From assembly GCF_009914755.1 (NCBI RefSeq), contig NC_060926.1: a DNA stretch of 64,000 bases; one strand, given 5' to 3'. Within the stretch, counting starts at the first letter, position 1, and each line of letters opens with the position of its first letter. Both the position numbers and the translations under genes were made by a program. The notes beneath the pieces are model-generated. The model did no database searches. It worked only from the letters and a program-made list of their open reading frames with translations, and was not told the origin of the DNA. The stretch is from the human T2T-CHM13v2.0 reference genome, Homo sapiens. Shown in pieces: positions 1 through 14,603 of the stretch.

Positions 1-1499
1 GAATCTGTCCACTTGTCCACAACTGACTAGGCCAGAATGGCTCCTCACCAAGACCAGTCAAGCTCTAAAAAGTGAGCTGAAGACAGAAATGAGCATTCAC
101 AACAAGTCTGAGTCACGTTAATGATCAGCCCTAGAAGAATCACCCATGAGCCACTGCTGCTGGTGGACCATAGACAACTGTCCTTTGAGGTTCCTGATTA
201 CCATGTGACGTGGCTGTTCCATGGCTTCCAGTCCACCCATGAAACCTGCTTGTTTTATTTCTCCTGTGCACAAGAGGCCTCGCCACAGGGCCAAGATTTC
301 TTATCTCCACTTGTATCCTCTAACCACCTAGCCTAATCCTCACAGAAAGAATATAGTTAGCACACGAACTCTCTCTAACCATTTCTGTTCATAGGATATT
401 TTCATCAGAAAAGCTTCCTTGACTATTTCAACACTCAAGTATCTTTTCAGCAGCAGGTACCTCTGCCACTTCCATAAGTGTTTACCTTGGATTGCTGTGT
501 ATTGACAGTCAGCTACTTAATCTGTCTATGTCTTGTCTCCCAAATCAATGATGAGTTTTTAGAGGAGAAAGAACTCTGTGTCTGACATAAAGTTGACCAG
601 CCATCTTTAAGAGAGTTTTGGCTGAAAATTGCAGCTCATCGGCCCTTTTTTCCATGGATGAACAAATAGCCTCTTCCTCCTGAGATAAAAGTGACCCAAG
701 CCTGGTACTGTTTCTTTTTTATTCACTTATCTTTCTCAGAAAACCTACATTCACAAACCACTTGTACAAAGTGTTCAACATATTTAGAAGTCAGAAAGCT
801 TTCTCGGCCACTTGAGAGTGTATTGAACCAGGCCTGTTACTCATGCTTCTTATCTTACTTATCTTATTATCTGCTCTCTCTACAGATCTACATCATCATG
901 TGGGTCTTAATAAAAATAATCAAGAGTTACTATATTTGAGAATATTGGCCCAAACAATTCTCTGCCCTGGTGCTCTGTACAACCCCAAGGGCTCTGTGAA
1001 ATCTTTCAAGGTTTCCCAGGAAAGTAGAAGAAATGAAAAGAGCAGAGTGGGTGAGACTCTAAGCCACAACACTCCCCTTTAACATTTTGATCTGTTTTCC
1101 ATATTGGGCACAATAAGATTTATTCTACAGCCCTAAACAAAAATGAAAACTTGCCTGTACAGTGAGACTTGAGGAATCTAACTTAGCCCCCTGACCAAAA
1201 GCAGTCTTTCTACCTTTAGATTTTTCCTCTTTTGAAGTGAGGTTTTGTGCCTAGGGTTTTAAAAAGCCAGTACACTGGTATCAGTCTTGGATGCTCCATT
1301 ATATAGCATTGCCTGTTAGAACTTGCATATAACACTCTGTTAAACTTGCTGCACAAATGAGACATATCCAAAAGGAAAGTTCCAATGGTTGGCCTGGGAG
1401 AAGAACTAGATAAAGACCCTGGAAGTTCTATCTTAAGAAATTCTTACCAGCATTTCCCAGGGGGGCAGGCAGGAAACAGCCTAAGGATTAAACCAACAT

Positions 1500-1528
1500 G
1501 GGAGGGAGGTGGGTGCAGGGAGAGGGGG
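1500..1528 (+). other. Canonical G-quadruplex motif
   Basis: GGG-A-GGG-AGGT-GGG-TGCA-GGG-AGA-GGGGG: five G-tracts with 1-4 nt loops. Confidence 0.5.
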
Positions 1529-4500
1529 ATTTATACAATTGTCCCTTGCATGGGAAACAGAGGCCAATAAAAGCAAACCTCACAATGACTCTGCAGGAAT
1601 CCAGGACTTCCCAGCACTCAAAATTCACAAGCTTGCTGAGTATATCTTATCTTGACTTTTACAAGGAAAACAGTTAACCATTATAAGTTAACTATTTGTT
1701 CAGATCGCTCACTCCTCCATTCCACAACCAGTACATGTCAGGTTCTTTCCAATAATAATATTCTTCCTTGAGGAACATTCAGCAGAAATAGACAAATCAA
1801 AACTGGTAACACTAGGTTTATTTAAATATATATATAAGCTGCAGAAAAGTACAGACCAGAAATGGGGCTGTATCTTCTTTTTAGAAACCGCTCTCACATT
1901 CAGCAAGATATCTGTTTACAGGCAATACTAAAACCTGATTAAGGCTTAACAAAAACTAAGTCCACATGAAAGGAAATGTGGATATATGTGGATAGATGCT
2001 TTGTTAGGTTGATTTTTTTGTAAGATTGTGTATATATATATAAGCTATGAATTGGATTTAGAGGTACGACAATTTGTCACAAACCTATAAAATATTTTTC
2101 TACCCAACGTCACCCAATTTCTTACTTCTGGCAGACCAGGCATTTGATTAGAGTCTTCACTCTCCTTGGAGGCGTGCTGTGGAAAGGACACAGCACCTCT
2201 AATCATGCTTACCTCCTGCTATAGCCACTAGCATTATCCAAGAACACACTGACCTTTTGCGGTGCTACATTCCTTGGCAATTATCCTCACTCTTCTCTTA
2301 GTTTAATATTTTTACTTTCTTTTCTATCCTCAGACCCCCACCTCCATCTCCATCTTCCACTCAGTGAAAATAATTCTACTTGCATCTTTTTCCCATAAGG
2401 ATCTATGTTTTTCTTATATTTTCATTCTCCTAATGTTTAGCAGGTCAAATGCAGTTGGTTTCATTAACAAATAAAAGCCACATGTCAAAATGGTTTAACA
2501 GTGTTAAATCCTGACCTGAGTTTAGCTTTGGCTCTGTGAACTTACCCTCAATGCCAAATGTCACATTTGATGTAGAAGCAACTGCTGTGCTGTTTAGATG
2601 TTCCTGACACCATTTGAATCCATTACTTCATTGAGATATTTTGCTCAACATCTTTTCCTTCTATGGATGAATTAATTGTGCCCAACACTGACCATCCTCA
2701 CTCCAGAGCCCAGGCTAGCTATGACAACCCAGTCAACAACTCAAGGCTAGTCCTCCTCCCTCCCGATTTATACTTGGAGAGTCAGGCAATCTGCACCAGC
2801 AGGATAATAAAGATTCATTAAAGGGAAAGGAGACTGGGCAGATTTTTCTCTTCACTTTCCCTAGAGGGAACCATATGAAATTGCTATTTTTATAAGCTGA
2901 AAGTGGTCAGACATCAGCAATGTTGTGTGCTTCAGCCCAATACATGAAAAAATATATTCACAATTCAACAAAATAAATTACAAACTTCATATTGCCCAAT
3001 AAATATGAAAATGAAAGGTGTCTTGAAAGATTCATGCACGTCTGAGAGCACAAGAATGGCAATGTTCTTTATAAAGGGCTTTATATGCTTGAGGGCTTAC
3101 CCTTTCAATGTCTTCCGTATTTAAATACTGAACAAGAGCGATAGATCCTTTGCCCCACAGCTGAGGAAATAAAAGGATCACACGCAGGCAAGCAGGGCTG
3201 ATGGAAAAATATGTGAGAGAAGGACACTTTTTTTATTTTGCTCCACAATCCAGAAGCCTGATTCAAGAGGGTGCTTCATTGTGGTTAGTAATTCATCCAA
3301 ACATGAACCTCAGAGAGAGCACCACCCTCCCACGGGGCATGAGATGAGGTGCTGGCCCACAGACACATGACTAATGCAAGGTCATCCCAGGGTCCACAGG
3401 CTGAACAAGTTCTGAACCTCAACCCTACCAATGTCAGGCCATTGCTTCACAGGAGCTGCATTTCCTCTTTAAAAGGCAAGACCAAGAATATAAAACCAAA
3501 GACCTCCATGGCCCCAACCAACCCATCTTAGGAACACAGAGGCTCCTTTCAACAGATCCAACTTCCTTTAGAAATTCTGGCATTTGGTGGGTAATGTTAT
3601 GTCTCTTCTTCAAAGGTTATCTTCTGCTTTTTACCCTCTCTGAGTTTTAAATGAAAGAGCCCTCCCTATAAAGTAAGCTATACAAGCAAGCACACATACG
3701 GCATTTGGGCTAGATCTCAAGTATAAGAATTAAGCAAAACATAAGGCCCAAATGTGCAGTGAATTAAGAGTATGGTTTAAAAAAACCATTTCAATAAATC
3801 AAACTTTATTTAACATGCCCAGAGAGAACACCACTATAAGGTTGTAACTTCATGGCATTATATTGTTATGGTCCCAGAATTCCTAGACTTTTTCCCCAAA
3901 ATATAATTTTTAAATCAAAATAATATTTAAGTTCCTTTTAAAAGAAATACAGCTTAAAAATGTGTGTGGGCTATAAAACTAGACACTATACATGCATATC
4001 TGAAAGATGCATACCCAATCTTACTCTCAGAGCTGTGCTTCCATCCTCACAAACTTTTGAAACCATTTAAAAAGCTTATTCCAAGTCTATTTATAAAGGA
4101 AAACAAATGGGAATATGTAGGTATAATTTAACAAAATCTCTTGCCTTTAAGCAAATGGAACCAAAGAATGGCATATTTAATTGAAACCCACAAGCTCCCA
4201 AACCTCATTTCAGGCACCAGTTTACATAACCGTTTTTACCTTACTTTGACTAGAGTCCCTATTGATAAGAGTTCCATGTTAAAACTCCTCTGCCTTTCCA
4301 CACTATGAACTTTATTTCTCTTAACAAGTATTTGTTGAGCACCTAGAAGATGCATAGCTAAAAGCTCAATGTTGCTGTAAAAATACAAATATAAGAGACA
4401 GCAACATCCAGGAAACATCCTATAGAGAGAAAAATCACAAGGCAATAAGTCAGTTTCCCACAACATGCTCCTAGGAAAACACACTACTTGATTTAATAGT

Positions 4501-5054
4501 TTTTATATGAAAAAACAATTCAACCATTAAATAGTTTTGAGAACTGCAAGCTTGAACAAAGTTAAATAATTTTCTTTTTTGTCAGCTCTCTCAGAACCTT
4601 GACTGGGCTAATGTGAATTGTAAATCTCTAAGACAGGGATGCACGATGCAGTCCTTCCTGTATTACTTGATTGTGAAACACCTTTTTATGTGCATCATCT
4701 TCCACCAATCACACTTGGAGAAACACTAAGTTAAGTGATATCGTCTGTTCTATTCACTTAAGAAGTTTCGAGGACAGAGACAGAGTGGAATGTTTGAGAA
4801 AGACTTCCAGAGAAGACTGAATTTAAACTGAATTCTGGGCTAGATTCTCAGATAAAAATAAAATTTGGATAGACCCAGGGGAAAAAAAAAAGAGAGAGAG
4901 AGAGATTTCTTATGAGAGAAGACATGAATGCACCAAAATTTAGAGTTAGGAATAAGCATGGCACATTTAGAAGTCAGTCAGCAAAGAGAACGGTCTTATT
5001 AGAGAGAAGAGTTCATGTGGGGGGAGTGGCAGCATTAAATTATAAAGGCTGAAA

Positions 5055-5225
5055 GTACTGTGTTAGATATTTTTCTAATTGTCCTAACAACTCTGAAAGA
5101 TAGGCATTGCGGTGATCACTTTACAGATAAAGAAACTGAGAATTGCAGAGACGAAGAAATTTGCCAACTTCTTGTAACCAGTAAGTAGCCAAGCAGGCAT
5201 GTGAACCCAATTTCTCATCTTCAAA
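5055..5225 (-). mobile_element. MIR SINE fragment
   Basis: MIR core in reverse orientation: 'tttacagataaagaaactgag...aaatttgcc...tgtgaaccca'. Confidence 0.75.
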
Positions 5226-5459
5226 ATGGAAACTGAGTGAATTTTGAGACTCAGCACATAATAATCTTGTCCAATTACAAAGCCTATGCTATTCATATCA
5301 AGAGATTTCACAAGAGCGAATGAAAAAAATTCATATAAATATAAATGCATGCCAAATAAGAGTAAAATAGTGTGATTCGTACAAAAGGGTAGATATTGAT
5401 TGTGCAGGACTTCAAAAGCTAATATGGATTTTCTGGGGGTTTTTATATATTAGAGACAG

Positions 5460-5780
5460 TAGAGTTTTCTGAGTGTTGGAGATTTCTCGGGAGGAGACTG
5501 ATTAGGAAGATAAGTTCAACCATGGTGCTCAGGGCAGATTAAAGGAGGAAGGAAACAATCTGAGATGCCACTGGAGGTTGTTTCAGTAATTCCGACATGA
5601 AGGGATGGCAAGCAGGATGAGGATGCTGGCAGTAAAAGTGAAATGGGAGGAACCAATGGTGGAGAATGAAGTCCAGCCATTCAAAGGGAGGATTAGAGGC
5701 ATTTGGTGATGCTTGGTGATGGAAGGCAGGTGACAAAGAAGAGGCAAGAGTCCAAAGTGGCTTTTCTGCCCTTTTCTTGA
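5460..5780 (-). mobile_element. L2 LINE fragment
   Basis: Purine-rich L2-like text such as 'ggaggttgtttcagtaattcc...gatgctggcagtaaaagtgaaatggg...gaggcaagagtccaaag'. Boundaries approximate. Confidence 0.55.
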
Positions 5781-7342
5781 CACTCTTTACCCACGAGTGG
5801 AGGTGCAAACAATGAGCTGTTGACATGGCCACTGAACACAGAAGGAAAGGGCGAGCTGATACTGGCATTGGACAGGGTTCCATGATGGATGGGGGGCTGA
5901 GTTACCACCAAGAATTCACATAAACAGGTGCATATATGTGTTTCCTCAAGCAGTGACTATTCAAAACCACAAGTGCTATTCTGCAGAAGTTCCAAAACTT
6001 TTCTTCTATGTTAAAGAAGGGGTCCTTATTCTGAGACAGGGTTGAGCATCGCTTGTATAAGGGTCAAGGTGACAGTGTCTAGCGTGGTAGTTCTGAGCTG
6101 AATGACTTTGAGAAAATTCCTTCAACTCTTTAAGTTTCAGTTTCTCATTTCTCATCTTCAAAAATGGAAGAGATGACTTAAGAAGTTTATTTGAGGCAGT
6201 AAATTCTGTAATTCTCATAATCAGCACCAAACGACAGATCTTTGGCTAAAGTTAAATGACTTTGGAATAAGCTATTTTCTGGCCCATCCCACCTTTCTTT
6301 TCAAGCAGAACAGAGTTATGCATATATGAAAATTCTCATACTCCTCAGGCACAAATCCGATCTTTATTTCAGTTCTCCAGGCCACTAAGCCAAGTCTTCA
6401 CAGCCAGGCCATGTGGAGTGACGGGTGATAATTAGGCTGTGACCAACAGCTACATTTCCTCTTGAAACAAAGGGAGCTTTGCAAAGTACACCAGACATTT
6501 ACTAGATGAACCAGTCTTTGCAGAGAAGTCATAGCATTTTGCTTTCACATAGATACATGAGTGGATTGAGACTCCAACACATAATAAATGCCTACATCTC
6601 AATTATCCCTTTTGTTTATTAGTAGAAATCTGTCCATGAGTATGTAATGATGCACTATAGGAATATAAATTTCCCTGGCAATGGTCAAACAAGCATTGAA
6701 AAGCTCTGGTCAAATCACTTTGATTTGTTTGTTGAATTCACCCTTTTTCTCCCCACAGGACCCACATGACCATGCTTTCTGGTTGGCACAAACAGAACTC
6801 TTTGAGAGCCCCAGGATGGAGTTCATGTATATATCCAAAATTTGTACTTTTGAAAGTCCATCAAATAAAAGGCAAAAACATGTGTGATCAAGAAAGCTAT
6901 AAACTGACTACGAAAGGGCAGAGACCTTGGCTGGGAAGCCACAGGATGTGCATGGAGTGATTATTGCCAGAATACGGAGCCGGACATATCACTCTTGTTG
7001 TTTCCTCACATGAGCCCAGCAAGGTGCTGCTTTCTGTCAACTGCATGAGCCAACCCCCACGGGAGCCTGCTCAAACAGAAAACGTAGATAGTGTACGGGC
7101 CACTGTCAGCCCCCCTTCACACTGTGTTCTCCCTGGAAATGAGAATGGGACTGCAGCCAGGGTAGGGGTAGGGTGAGGATGAAGGAGACCCAATTGACTC
7201 TGAAACAGTTAATAAGACTGGGCTCCATGTGTCAAAAAGGAATTTATCACTAACACTAAATGATTCATTACCACCAAATGATGACATTTGTTTTTTTCTC
7301 TTTGTTAGAGTGAGGTAAGAATGGGGCAGGAAAGATCCTGGG

Positions 7343-8084
<742 letters not shown>

Positions 8085-8574
8085 ATCTGCTGGAGAAGCT
8101 GTGGGCACCATTAAAAACCATTGGTAGTGAGAGGTTTGTCATTCCTTCAAATACCATCCAGCTCCAGTTGATACTATCTAAAGAGTGGAGGGGCAGCCTC
8201 TTTAAAACCTGATAATAGAAGACAGGGCTCAAACTAGCTTTTACTGTGCGTGGTTATGTTCCACTCCCACCACAACTGCACTTGGATCACCGAAGTTGTT
8301 TAAAGGAGCTCCTAGTTCCAGGCCTGCCTGCCTCCCACCTGTCTCCTCCACACATATACCTGCCAGGCTAAACTTATGGACATTATAAAGACCACAGACA
8401 CATTCAGTTTAATGCTTAATTAAATGCAATACAATCATTGTACTTTTATAAGTCTTTTTATAAAAATGAATCTACAAATCAGAAAGAATCCTTTGTCACA
8501 CTCCACATCCCAATTTTGATGGAAGAAACTGTGGCCACAATATGAACAATTTCCAGAATATTTGGTTAAGTTAG

Positions 8575-8890
8575 AAAAAAAAAAACCTACATACAGACCA
8601 GCATGTAATGTCTGCTGCTGTTTGTGTAAAATGAAGGGGGCTAGAGATCAAGAGATGGATGGAGAGACAGATGGAAAAATAGGCAGGTAGAAATATAGAA
8701 ATATGTAGAGATATATAAATATACAGGCCTAGATATAATATCTCTGGAAAGATACACTGGAAACAATGATTACCTTTGGGGAAGAAAAACGGAAAATTAA
8801 GGTAGAAGAGAAACTTTTCACCATTTACCAATGTATATTATTTGGTTTTTTATCATGTGTATGCATTAATTTTTTAATTAATTAACAGTT
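8575..8890 (+). mobile_element. Old L1 (L1ME-like) 3' UTR fragment
   Basis: 'tatctctggaaagatacactggaaac...ttacctttggggaag...gaaacttttcacc' is typical of L1ME 3' ends. Confidence 0.55.
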
Positions 8891-9885
8891 AAAATGGAAA
8901 GCAACGGACAAATAAATATGATCCCTGTTTCTAGCCTACCCTTTCTAATCCAGCCAGACTTTCTCCTACCTACCCTCAAATGAGCAATATTTATTCTCAA
9001 AATGTTTAGGTTGCTCCTCTGGGAAATGCTTTCCTCATTGCTGCTGCTGCTTCAAATCCTGCTCAACTCAAGTCCCACTTGCTTCAAGAAATTTCTTCCT
9101 AGTAATTCCAGGCCAATTTGACCACCGACCACCACCACAAAAACCTGCAACCTTTCTTTACTTCACAGCAAGCACTTGGGACCTGAACAAAATAATCGAG
9201 ATCACCATTTGTGTTCTCTACTTCACATGCCTTGGGCAGAGGTGCCCATTAGAACCTGAGACTCACTCTCTGTAAGGAGGTCCACCAGGGTCCACTGGGG
9301 ATGGAGAGCCACCTCTATGGCACAGAAGTTGTCTTACCAAGAGCAGCACAGGCCAATCCCAGCAACCTTCAGCTAAATCAGGGACTTAACAGAGCAGCAA
9401 GCACCCTCTTGGTGTCTTCAAGGTGTCAAAAGCTAGCTTTGGAGAGCATATACTGCAAAGAGAGGGTTGGAGCAGGAAAGGAGAGAAGTAAAACAAAGAA
9501 AGCCCCCTGGGCTATGTAGGAAACAATGCCAGCGACTCACTGAAGTGGCCCAGAAGCCCTACCACATTAGATTACAGAAAAGGAAAGCGTTGAGGGAGTG
9601 TTTTACGATAGCAGGAGGGTCTTCTGTCTTTTGTGCACAGTAAAAGATGTGGACATGTCCATTTGGAGGGTGAAATAGGATGACACTCAATGGCTCTGGA
9701 AGAAATGGAGGAAGGCAATTCAGGGCTTGGGCAGGGGAAAACTCCAGGTAGAAAGAGAAAGATGCCATCACGGCAGGGGGCAGGAGAAAGTCCCCCTTTA
9801 ATAGCAATGACAGCAAAAAGTTGACTTGGGAAAACAGGTAAGAAAGATAAAGTTTTGGAATCAATTTTCTCAGCAGTATGTAAGC

Positions 9886-9893
9886 TGACGTCA
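9886..9893. promoter_or_regulatory. Perfect palindromic CRE (TGACGTCA)
   Basis: Exact motif with intact CpG in non-repeat DNA; function untested. Confidence 0.35.
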
Positions 9894-11724
9894 TCTTCAG
9901 GGAAATCTGCGTTACTAATCAGCACCTCCTAATTCCTGCCCTTGGTGGATCCTCGCTGTTTAGTCTTTTTCCTCAGTCTTTCCATATTTCAAGTACTGTG
10001 AGATCTTACTCTACTAAAATTCAGGTTCTTGAAGATCCTAAGTCCTTTGCCCTTTATTTCATTCTTAGTGAAATTATTTGCTTCTTTTATACAAGCAAAT
10101 TTCTAGGTCAGAATTCCTTCTTGAAGATATACAATTATTTTCCCTCTTCAATTAGAAAATGCTGTTTTCCCAGCTGTTTTTAAAGACTAAAAACCATAAC
10201 AGACTTGAAAGGGCTCCTAAGTCACAAATCAAAATTTATTTCCATCCAGCTTAATGCTATCCAAACATGTCTAGTTTTTGTCTCTCTTTGCATTTAAAGT
10301 TTTCATTTTATCCAAATGAAGTAGTTGGTGGTTCTAAAGTGGTTTTGTGCTCAATATAAAGTTTACTTTTGTTCAAGTCTTTTCTTTTCTGGCCTTAGTA
10401 CTAGGTTTTCCAGTTCACTTATAAAGAAAGCTATCCAACTATTTTTGGAAGAACAATGCATTTTGGTAATCTACCAGGATGATTTGATGTTGAAGTTATT
10501 GCAGCTCTTCAGATATCCAAGTCCTTGTACATGATCAATTAGAGCTGAAAATGAAGTCGAAATGTTCCTGGCATGCCAAGTACACTGTCACTGTTGTAGA
10601 AATAAGATGTTTGTTGTTACTTTGTTGAACACATATTGCCAATCAGTTTGGGAATACTGAAATTCTGTATGATTTTTCAGTCATTGTCTATCATTTTAGA
10701 GCAATCTATTGCTTTCAGAATTGAAGCTCAAGGCACGTTAGATTAAAGGAAGTGACTTTTGGAATCTGAACAAGAAAATTTTCTAGGGCAAAATAAAACA
10801 TACAAAATCACTTCTTAGTAATTTCTTCATTCTGTCAGAGACATTCTATATGACGTCTTCTTTTGCTCTGTTAATTGAAGAACTGGCAATCTGGGGCACT
10901 TTCCCAAGTAATAAAAATGAGAGAATTACAGCCTAGGGAAGTGAAGAGGAAAAAGAGAGGTAATTGTACTTGAAAGCACAGCATTTGGCCCACAGTAAAC
11001 CATCAGTAATGTCTATTGAATCTTGCATAACAACAAGAAGGTTGAAAAGAATGATATGAGAAATTGAGTCAAAAAATTAAGAAATAACCACTTCTGAGTA
11101 AGAACCTAAATGAACATTTAAAAAAATTTCCTTCCTGTTACTATGGCTTTGAAAGTCTCTAAGTAGGAGGAAGGTCTTAATCTTATTCTGATGATGCCTG
11201 AATCCCTGGCCCTCAAACTAGTCCGCCATTTCTTCTGGCCAGTATTGGGAGCTGGATGTGAGACAGAGATAAACAGCATGGCCAAGGAGGGACAATAATA
11301 CAGTTAGTTGTAGAAGCTGGGCCCAAATAGGGCATAGAAAAACAGGGGAAGACAATGACCTTTTGTTTCCATTAGAACTATACTCCAGAATTCATAGTCC
11401 CAATAGGTAGAGATACCTATTCCTCACAGAAGAAAAGAATGAAATAAACAGAATTTTATTTATTATATACATTTTTACATAAATTCAAATTTGTATTTTT
11501 GTAGAAATTCTCCCTTTTCCACCATTTTTTGATCCCCAATCAATCCTAAAGTGGAACCTAGAGAAGAATAAGTTCCCCAAATAAACGGTGGGATGGGCAG
11601 ATGAGTAGAGGCCAAATCTTTTTTTCAGATTCAGGAAAGTTTTAGATATTTCTAAAATGTCCCTCGAGTCTTTCTTGCTCATCATAATAAAAACAAAAAC
11701 AACAAAAATACAATAGCAACACAT

Positions 11725-11940
11725 ACTATATGCCAGGCACTGTGACAACTGTTTCCCATGTAAAAGCTTATTGAATCCTCCCAACCACTAAGTGTAATAG
11801 ATACTAGGACCTCACTTTACAGATGAGGGAATTGAAGTTCACAGAGGTTAAACAACTTGCCCAGGATTAAGGTTACACAGCTAGGAAGTGGTGAAGGCAA
11901 GATTCAAATGCAAGCTGTGGGAATTCAGAATATGCTTTCA
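11725..11940 (-). mobile_element. MIR SINE
   Basis: 'tgccaggcactgtg...ctttacagatgaggggaattgaagttcacagaggttaaacaacttgccca...ggcaagattcaaa'. Confidence 0.8.
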
Positions 11941-12909
11941 TTGTAATGGGTGTGCCCTCTTCCCACTGTCCTAGTTAGAGGTCACTTGGATTATTCCCTT
12001 TGGCTCCAAAATATCTGTATAGAAGCTCCTCCCCAGGAGTCTCCAGGGGTCATCGTAGGTTACAGAACATTCTGTACATTGCAGGGAAGTTTCTTCTGAG
12101 GGGCCCAAATGATGGGGCTTGAGCCAGTGTTGGTATCGTAACCTCTCAGCCATTAACTGGGTGGCCAATGAGAGAGAGCTGTGGTGCAGGCATGCAAAGT
12201 TCTCACATACACGAAGATCAGGAGGTCTGCTGGGGAGGCCTCAGGTTTAGTATATCTCTTGTGTGCTCAAACAGTGCCCATCACAGCAGATCTTCCTCCA
12301 GGACTGGAGCACCAAGCTGGCATCAGACCTATTGTTTAAACAACTCTCTAGAATCAGGTTTTAGGCAACAGGTGCCTCTGATCCAGAGCCTTTCCTACTT
12401 TTCCCAGGATCCCTTCCCATATGCTCTTTAACTGAACTTTGATAGGATGTTTCACCCGGAAGAGTTTAGAATCCCACTAGTCTAGATTCAAACCATGGGC
12501 AACCCTGCGTCTCCACAACCTAAGACATAGGGAGGGCTCAATGTTCAGAAGCACAATGCTCTACCTCCCCTCCCAGGATGGGAAAGGAAAAGCTTTCATT
12601 TGCAAGACAGGGTCAGGGGTGTTGGGAGAAAAGAACAGAAAGAAATGAGTATTCATATTAAAAATGTAACCCTTGGCCATGCTACCTCTGGGAGACCCTG
12701 ATATTAAACTGATCTAGGCAAGATGAGAGCAAAACTCCATCTACCCAAAGCCTGCATACAACTTTGTGCTCCCATAACCTATTTGGCTGCTCTGCCACAG
12801 TGTTTATTACGCTGCATTATGTAAGCCTGTCTCCCCATTAGACTGCACAGGAACTAGAGCAAAATGGACACTCAATAAATGTGAAGTAAATGAAGAAATG
12901 TGCAAATTC

Positions 12910-13218
<309 letters not shown>

Positions 13219-13344
13219 TCACAAGATCTCACAACAGAAGAGCTGCAACATCACACTTAAACTCCTGACCTGTTGTATGGAGTCATTGATTTAATTGCTG
13301 TGCTGCATTTTAGTTTGAGTCCATACTTTCCATATAAACATTTA

Positions 13345-13480
13345 ATCATCCATCCATCCATCCATCATTTATTCATTCATTCATTCACACTGAATGCATT
13401 TTTTGAGTGTCTACCATGTGCAAGCCACTATGCTAGTCTCTAGGAAACTGAGAGCAAGCCAAAACAGGACATGCTGAGGA
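13345..13480 (-). mobile_element. L2 3' end
   Basis: (TCCA/TTCA)n followed by 'ttttgagtgtctaccatgtgcaagccactatgctag'. Confidence 0.7.
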
Positions 13481-14039
13481 CACCAGAGCAAGATTTTCCC
13501 CTATATTTTTCACAAAGTTGAAATAAAAAAGAAGAAAAAAATACAGAAATAAGTTAAATAATGAATAGTAGCTGCCAGAGAAAAGACTGGAGATATGCTC
13601 AAGGGAGAAAAAAAATGTCTTTCAAAGGTGATTGGAAAAGAAAGGCATTGGCAACACAGGGAAAAAAAAACAAAACAAAAAAAAAAACAAGGAAAGACAT
13701 TCTAGAAGGCAGGGAGTTATAAAATAGATCCTTAGTAGTGAGAAGAAATAAGTCTGCCAGTGCATTCTTATATTGCTACGGGCAAAGAAAAAGGGTGCCT
13801 GACTTGTCTGCATATTCTCTGAGAAAGTCCAGCTGTTCTCTGGAAAGCAGAATGCCTGCCTCTGGACTGGAGCTGAGCCTTGCAAACTGATTAAAAAAAC
13901 ATGTACGGTCAGAGAATAAACACAAAGCTCAAGGATGTCTTGCTGTGTGCACTTTATGGGCACAGAGTACTGCTGCTCCTTTAATATAAAGCTATTATCC
14001 ACAGTTGCTGACTCATGTTCCTAAATTCCACAAATGTCT

Positions 14040-14350
14040 TCCATTTTGTAGCACGCTCCTAACAGGCTTTCTATCCTTCCTGTGGATATCTCATCTGAGT
14101 TTGAGAGTGAGGATCCCAAAAGGAAGAATCCCAAGGGGAGTGTCCAGAGAGCAAGTGTTCCAAGAGAACCAGCCAGAGGCTGCATGTCGTTTTATGATCT
14201 AGCCTCAGAAATCACACAGTGTCACTTCTACCATACTCTATGGGTTCAAATGGGCACAAACCCACTGAGAGTCGAGGGAAAAGGACATAGACCCCACTTA
14301 AAGACAAGAGGTATGTGAAAGAATTTGAGGCCATATATTAAAACCAACAT
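14040..14350 (-). mobile_element. MaLR LTR (MLT1-type) fragment
   Basis: 'ttttatgatctagcctcagaaatcacacagtgtcacttctaccatactct...gacatagaccccac' is typical of MLT1. Confidence 0.65.
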
Positions 14351-14384
14351 ACTCACCAACTTTTTTTTTTTTTTTTAAATAGAG

Positions 14385-14603
14385 GACCTGATGCCTGGAG
14401 CTGCAGCAGCCATCTTGTAACCATCAGGAAAAACTCGAGAGAATCCCAGAGACACGAGTGCTGGCAATATGGAGCTAATGAACCAATCAGAAAACTGCTA
14501 CCTCCAGACTTTTGAAGACGTGAGAAAAATTAACTCAATATTTGCTCTAGCCATTTTTAGATGCATTTGTTACTTGCAGGCGAAAGCCCTTCTAACTGAT
14601 ACA
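14385..14603 (+). mobile_element. MaLR LTR (MLT1J/K-like) 3' part
   Basis: 'gatgcctggagctgcagcagccatcttg...tgttacttgcaggcgaaagcccttctaactgataca' matches the MLT1 3' terminus. Confidence 0.7.

Noticed and set aside
940-1160. Possible hAT/Charlie MITE relic
   Set aside because: Only a vague resemblance; no TIRs or TSD could be identified.
1709-1906. 65-aa minus-strand ORF ending near a GTGAG donor-like motif
   Set aside because: No recognisable protein similarity, non-ATG start and low-complexity AT content; consistent with chance.
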